Of a stretch of 64,000 nucleotides of DNA, positions 60,183 to 64,000 are shown piece after piece. Position 1 is the stretch's first letter; each line of letters opens with the position of its first letter. The stretch covers positions 704,394-768,393 of the forward strand of contig CBDBIB010000003.1 of assembly GCA_965205945.1 (NCBI GenBank), in the 5' to 3' direction. The DNA comes from Bdellovibrionales bacterium. Lineage in GTDB: Bacteria > Bdellovibrionota > Bdellovibrionia > Bdellovibrionales > UBA1609. Made by a program: the position numbers and the translations under genes. The notes beneath the pieces were generated by a model that was not told the DNA's origin, made no database searches, and saw only the letters and a program-made list of their open reading frames with translations.

Positions 60183-60572
60183 ATGGCTAAAAAGACTTTC
60201 ACAGGCGTAAACATTCAGTGGCCCATCTCTGAGCTTATTGTAAGCGGTGAGAAGACTGTGGAGACTAGAACTTACGCTCTGCCTGAAAAGCACTTAAACC
60301 AAGCAATGGTCTTGATCGAAACGCCAGGAAAGCAGGGTAAGTTTAAGGCTCGTATGGTGGCCGTGATTAAATTTACAGACTCTTTTAAATACAAAAGCAA
60401 AACAGCTTTTTATAAAGATATCGACCGCCATAAAGTCACTAAAGACTCTTTATGGGCCTGGTCAGATGAAAAACCTAAATGGGGGTGGGAAGTCACAGTT
60501 TTGAAGACTTTTAAGGCTAAAGAAGCTCCCAAGAAAAAAGGAATTGTTTTTACAAAAGACATCAGTCTTTGA
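60183..60572 (+). CDS. ASCH-domain protein
   Basis: NIQWPISELIVSGEKTVETR (GxKxxExR motif), WGWEV; 5 nt after the radical SAM stop. Confidence 0.85.
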   Translation: MAKKTFTGVNIQWPISELIVSGEKTVETRTYALPEKHLNQAMVLIETPGKQGKFKARMVAVIKFTDSFKYKSKTAFYKDIDRHKVTKDSLWAWSDEKPKWGWEVTVLKTFKAKEAPKKKGIVFTKDISL

Positions 60573-60652
60573 TGTTACACATTTGTTTTCACCCGACCAG
60601 CTTATCTGGTTTATGAATGATTTTGACTACTTAGGTTTTGAATTGGAAAGTC

Positions 60653-60674
60653 TGCTGTTAGGTTCCTAACAGCA
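60653..60674. terminator. Perfect hairpin between convergent genes
   Basis: TGCTGTTAGG-TT-CCTAACAGCA; no strong T-tract. Confidence 0.45.
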
Positions 60675-60680
60675 ACACTA

Positions 60681-61499
60681 TCAAGCCTTCTTTTTAAGGA
60701 GCTCTTCTCCAATTAATGCAGACCCTAATGAATTAGCCACCAGAAATGCGTTGTCGTCCATGAGCGTTCCTCTAACGAACGTATTCGAAAAGGGTGTAGT
60801 CACGGCTTTGTGCCCTTCGAGAGTGCCATCTAACCCTAAGTGGTATGAAACTCCCACAGCGCCTCCGAAGGCTATGCATTTTAGGTTTGTAATTAAGAAA
60901 CCAATACTCTGGTGTTCAGCAGTTTGTGGGTCTAAGTAAGACTGGGCTGCTTCAAAGTAGCGAATTAGAAATCTGCTCACTAATCCTATCCCTATAGTAG
61001 GAATAATAGAATGGGTAAGTGCACTTCTATGTTTACCGATCCCCAACCAGCTAATGTCTTTGTCTGGTATAGCATTTCCTGCTTTGGCTCCAGCATAAGC
61101 CCCTAAACCTGTAGAGATAATATAAGCTGTTGCTTTAAGAGCGAACACGGCTCTTCCTTCTGGTGATAAACTTTTAAAGTGTGAATTTAGAGCTCTACTA
61201 TTTTTCCATGTTGAAACACTAGTGTTTTTAATTCTAGAGGGAAGCTTTTTAAGCTCGCTTGCTGTTTGTTTGGCATCTGTCCCAATGCAGTGGAGAGCCT
61301 GTTTAGGGCCTTCTTCTCGAGATATTTTTATGAAGTTTGTAGAGTATTTACCTGCGGCTATGAATGGTCTAGCAGCGGCCTTACCCATTTCAGGGAGGTC
61401 TTCTTTAATTACGCCTTTACAAACTGCTTTGTAATCATTCCTAGCAGCAAGCGTGAGGGCGGAAATAATACCTTTGTCTTGATCTAGTGTGCGATCCAT
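60681..61499 (-). CDS. Membrane metal-dependent hydrolase, YdjM-like, with soluble N-terminal extension
   Basis: IPDKD, HRSALTHS and SYHLGLD match the PDxD / HRxxTHS / HxxxD pattern; GGAGG RBS. Confidence 0.65.
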   Translation of the reverse strand: MDRTLDQDKGIISALTLAARNDYKAVCKGVIKEDLPEMGKAAARPFIAAGKYSTNFIKISREEGPKQALHCIGTDAKQTASELKKLPSRIKNTSVSTWKNSRALNSHFKSLSPEGRAVFALKATAYIISTGLGAYAGAKAGNAIPDKDISWLGIGKHRSALTHSIIPTIGIGLVSRFLIRYFEAAQSYLDPQTAEHQSIGFLITNLKCIAFGGAVGVSYHLGLDGTLEGHKAVTTPFSNTFVRGTLMDDNAFLVANSLGSALIGEELLKKKA

Positions 61500-61509
61500 A
61501 TGTCCTCCT

Positions 61510-61545
61510 GTTCGCCATAACGAATAGTTCGCTTAACCGAACTAT
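61510..61545. promoter_or_regulatory. Tandem palindromic operators GTTCG-N6-CGAA(T/C)
   Basis: Boxes at 61510-61525 and 61527-61542; the second extends to ATAGTTCG/CGAACTAT. Confidence 0.6.
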
Positions 61546-61576
61546 AAGTGGTGAATGATCTTTAAACTATATTATA

Positions 61577-61804
61577 ATGGAAAATTATGAATTAGATGAA
61601 AAAATTACTTTATTAGGGCAGAGAATCTCTAAATTGAGACGTCGAAAGGGTTTAACTGTAGAGAAGTTAGCATATGAGTCGGGAGTCTCAAAAGGGAATT
61701 TATCTGATCTAGAAAACGGTAAAGTAAACCCTAGGTTCACAACACTTTTATTGCTTTCTGAGGGGCTAGAAGTCTCTCTGTCAGCACTTGTTAAAATTTA
61801 CTAG
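61577..61804 (+). CDS. XRE-family HTH regulator (controller-protein-like)
   Basis: LGQRISKLRRRKGLT.EKLA.ESGVS...SDLENGKVNP. Confidence 0.9.
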   Translation: MENYELDEKITLLGQRISKLRRRKGLTVEKLAYESGVSKGNLSDLENGKVNPRFTTLLLLSEGLEVSLSALVKIY

Positions 61805-62310
61805 GTGTTTCGCTCTAAAACTTGCATCAATTTTTCTCTAATGGAGCTACTTTTTATTTTTTGACGATTTGTTTTTTCATTAAATATTCCGAGATGCCTG
61901 CCAAGTAGTTCAAGAGCCTTAAGGCTGTCTTTGAGTTTAATGCTTATTTCTGGACCCAACTTCCTCTGTTTAACTTTTATTAATTCTATAGCGGATGCTG
62001 ATGTTGTTAAAGAGTTTGAAGGGATTAAATAAATTCCTTTTTCATTCAATGTCACAAAGTTATCAATTGATGCAAAGGCGATTTTAGCTAGTTCCTGCAC
62101 TACTGCATCAGCATTTATCTTTAGGCGTAGAGAGCGTTCTTTTTTGAGTTCTGAAATATAAGTTTGAATGTCAGGTTTTGTAAGGTTCTCTTGGCCAATA
62201 GACCTAGCTGTTTTGTGCGAATAGCCTGCTCTAATGGCCGACTTAGTGGCGCAAAGGTCAACGAGGTACTCTGCACAGAAAATTCTTTGTTTTTCAGTTA
62301 ATACAGCCAT
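61801..62310 (-). CDS. terS: Phage terminase small subunit
   Basis: LTEKQRIFCAEYLVDLCATKSAIRAGYS.KTA..IGQENLTKP, ELAKIAFA, KALELLGRHLG. Confidence 0.92.
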   Translation of the reverse strand: MAVLTEKQRIFCAEYLVDLCATKSAIRAGYSHKTARSIGQENLTKPDIQTYISELKKERSLRLKINADAVVQELAKIAFASIDNFVTLNEKGIYLIPSNSLTTSASAIELIKVKQRKLGPEISIKLKDSLKALELLGRHLGIFNEKTNRQKIKSSSIREKLMQVLERNT

Positions 62311-62409
62311 ATCTATATTTTATGATAGGTATGACTTTTGTGATAGTGAAAAGGCGCCGCCTTTTCTTTAAGGGCTAAATATCTTAAACAAAATACTCAT
62401 TGAACTTTT

Positions 62410-64000
62410 CTAAAAATCATCAAATTCATCAGAACCTTCAGAAAAACCGATTCCAACAAAAACATCTCCGTTAGACCTATGAATTCGCTTAAATCCCTTA
62501 TTATACATTTGCTTATAAAACTCATTTCTGGTGATAGGTGTAAACCTAGCTCCAAAAGATTCAGACCAAAACTTGAATTCATCATAAAGGTCTTTGGGCT
62601 TTATATAAGACTTTCTATCTAAACTGATTAAGCGAGTATTATTACTAAAGGCCTGGACCTCTTTATTCTCGATATCTTGAATAAACTGAGAGACCCAATC
62701 ATGGCTTGTTTGCCATTTTGAAAGCTCAGATTTCCCAGACTTCGGATTGATGAAGTGCCCCTGTGAAAGCATAAGGGATTTTATACCTTCTAAAGCAAAG
62801 TTAATGATTCCCTCAGGTGAGTGTTCAAACACTTTATCAGAAAAGTCTTTGTCGAATTCAGTTTTAGTAAAACAATTTTCAAATTTTAAAATGCTCCAGC
62901 GTCTAGTGTGTGCTCCGCTGATTCCATCTCCTAATTTTGGTAAGTGGTTTCCTGCAAAAATATGAATTGCTGGAAGTGGAGCGTAAATAGGTGCTTGGAA
63001 CTTCCTATCAATCCTAACGGCTACTCTGTCTTCAATCTTCTTTAAATTGCCATCAGACATTTCTTTTTTACAATCTATATCAGTAACTATGTTAATTAGT
63101 TTGCCAACCATTGATTCCATTAAAAAGCCTTTGAATTCATGTGGTTCAACAGAGCTCAAATTGTCTTTTTGAAGAAGTTTGGTGATTGGCAGTAAGCATG
63201 ATGGCTTCCCTGACCCTGCGGCTCCAACCATAAGAAATAGACGTGGATAAACTGGGAATAGACAAGCTCCGAACATCTGTTTCACAGCTTCAATTTTTTC
63301 AGTTTTATCTGAGTCTCCTTGAAAAGTAGAATTTAGCATCTCTAGAAACAGCTGGTTTTCAACTTTAGGGTTATTAGGGTAATTAAATTGAATGATATTC
63401 GTCAGGTAGTCTTTAGCGGAGTGTCCTCTAAAATCAAACTTGAAATTTTTACCTTTGCCACTTAGATGTAACGTGCCATTCTTAAAATTAACTTTCGTTG
63501 GCACAGGTCTAAATAAGTCTATGGATTGAGGCGGTGTTGGTGTGAATGTCACAAGCATTTTAAAAGCTTTTTCTAATGCTGTTCCTGATATTTTATTCTT
63601 TTTTGTTTTTGCTATTTGCTGTTTAATCTCGTCGATAGCGTCATTGTCTGCTAAGTTCCATTTTAGTGAGTCATATAAGAATAAACTTCTATTCTGCTTT
63701 ACTATTTTTCCATCAAAGAATTTATTATTCTTTCTATCATAGGAACAACCATAAACCTCTTTGAGTGTGGTCATAACTATTGAAAAGTCTTTACTTCCCT
63801 GATTACTGGTGGATACCAATTGGTCTAGATCTAATTTATTCTGTTTGCCATACTCTAAAGAGTTTTTAAGTTTTTCCTCTAGCTCACTTTCTCTCCAAGG
63901 TGGCTCACAGGAATGATTCCACTCCTTGAATATAGGTAGAGCAGCATTTGCGCTCAAACCAAAGCCTTTTGTTAGGAGGCAGGCTACGTGGAATGTCTGC
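62410..64000 (-). CDS. P4/D5-family primase-helicase (PriCT + D5_N + SF3 helicase), 5' part outside the window
   Basis: EWN..CEPPW...EL (PriCT-like), VNFKNG, Walker A-like GAAGSGKPS, IDRKFQ, AGNHLP, RRW; frame open to the window end. Confidence 0.85.
   Translation of the reverse strand, partial: QTFHVACLLTKGFGLSANAALPIFKEWNHSCEPPWRESELEEKLKNSLEYGKQNKLDLDQLVSTSNQGSKDFSIVMTTLKEVYGCSYDRKNNKFFDGKIVKQNRSLFLYDSLKWNLADNDAIDEIKQQIAKTKKNKISGTALEKAFKMLVTFTPTPPQSIDLFRPVPTKVNFKNGTLHLSGKGKNFKFDFRGHSAKDYLTNIIQFNYPNNPKVENQLFLEMLNSTFQGDSDKTEKIEAVKQMFGACLFPVYPRLFLMVGAAGSGKPSCLLPITKLLQKDNLSSVEPHEFKGFLMESMVGKLINIVTDIDCKKEMSDGNLKKIEDRVAVRIDRKFQAPIYAPLPAIHIFAGNHLPKLGDGISGAHTRRWSILKFENCFTKTEFDKDFSDKVFEHSPEGIINFALEGIKSLMLSQGHFINPKSGKSELSKWQTSHDWVSQFIQDIENKEVQAFSNNTRLISLDRKSYIKPKDLYDEFKFWSESFGARFTPITRNEFYKQMYNKGFKRIHRSNGDVFVGIGFSEGSDEFDDF

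Noticed and set aside
60588..60599. CACCCGACCA as a third tRNA-Pro att fragment
   Set aside because: Short, opposite orientation, mismatched, and without the 100-bp arm.
917..63742. Short antisense or overlapping ORFs in the track (e.g. 917-1105, 12175-12366, 24616-24945, 41268-41540, 46267-46494, 59008-59298, 62747-62965)
   Set aside because: Shadow frames of well-supported genes or pseudogenes, with no recognisable motifs or RBS.

Overview
AT-rich bacterial chromosome segment. The gene content (pilH/I-pilD-pilMNOPQ, solo LuxR-HTH, large Cys-rich prepilin-like proteins and Ig-repeat lipoproteins) suggests Bdellovibrionota; this is inference. 1-31.9 kb is core genome: carB (5'-truncated by the window), a type IVa pilus cluster, rarA, the S10-spc-alpha ribosomal cluster (lacking rplX, rpsN, map, infA and rpsD), mutS and sohB. 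32-39 kb is a minus-strand operon of three large prepilin-like proteins plus a di-heme cytochrome c peroxidase/MauG-family lipoprotein. 39-52 kb is accessory DNA: an IS3-family copy, a Cys-rich secreted protein, an MDR oxidoreductase, BCCT-LysR, pseudogenes and a 1640-aa tandem-repeat lipoprotein. 52.7-64 kb looks like two related integrative elements stacked at a tRNA-Pro 3' end. Two att-like tRNA 3' fragments are each followed by a ~100-bp conserved arm and then a toxin-antitoxin-like cassette. The region also holds a serine-recombinase remnant, two IS3-family elements and a phage-satellite-like terS + primase/helicase module running off the window end. The best candidate for an undescribed system is a radical SAM (SPL-like) + ASCH gene pair in the island cargo slot. 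Its original 5' end lies directly behind a DUF6516 TA pair and was split off by an IS; removing the IS restores the frame. All family assignments are from motif recognition by eye; no database search was run.
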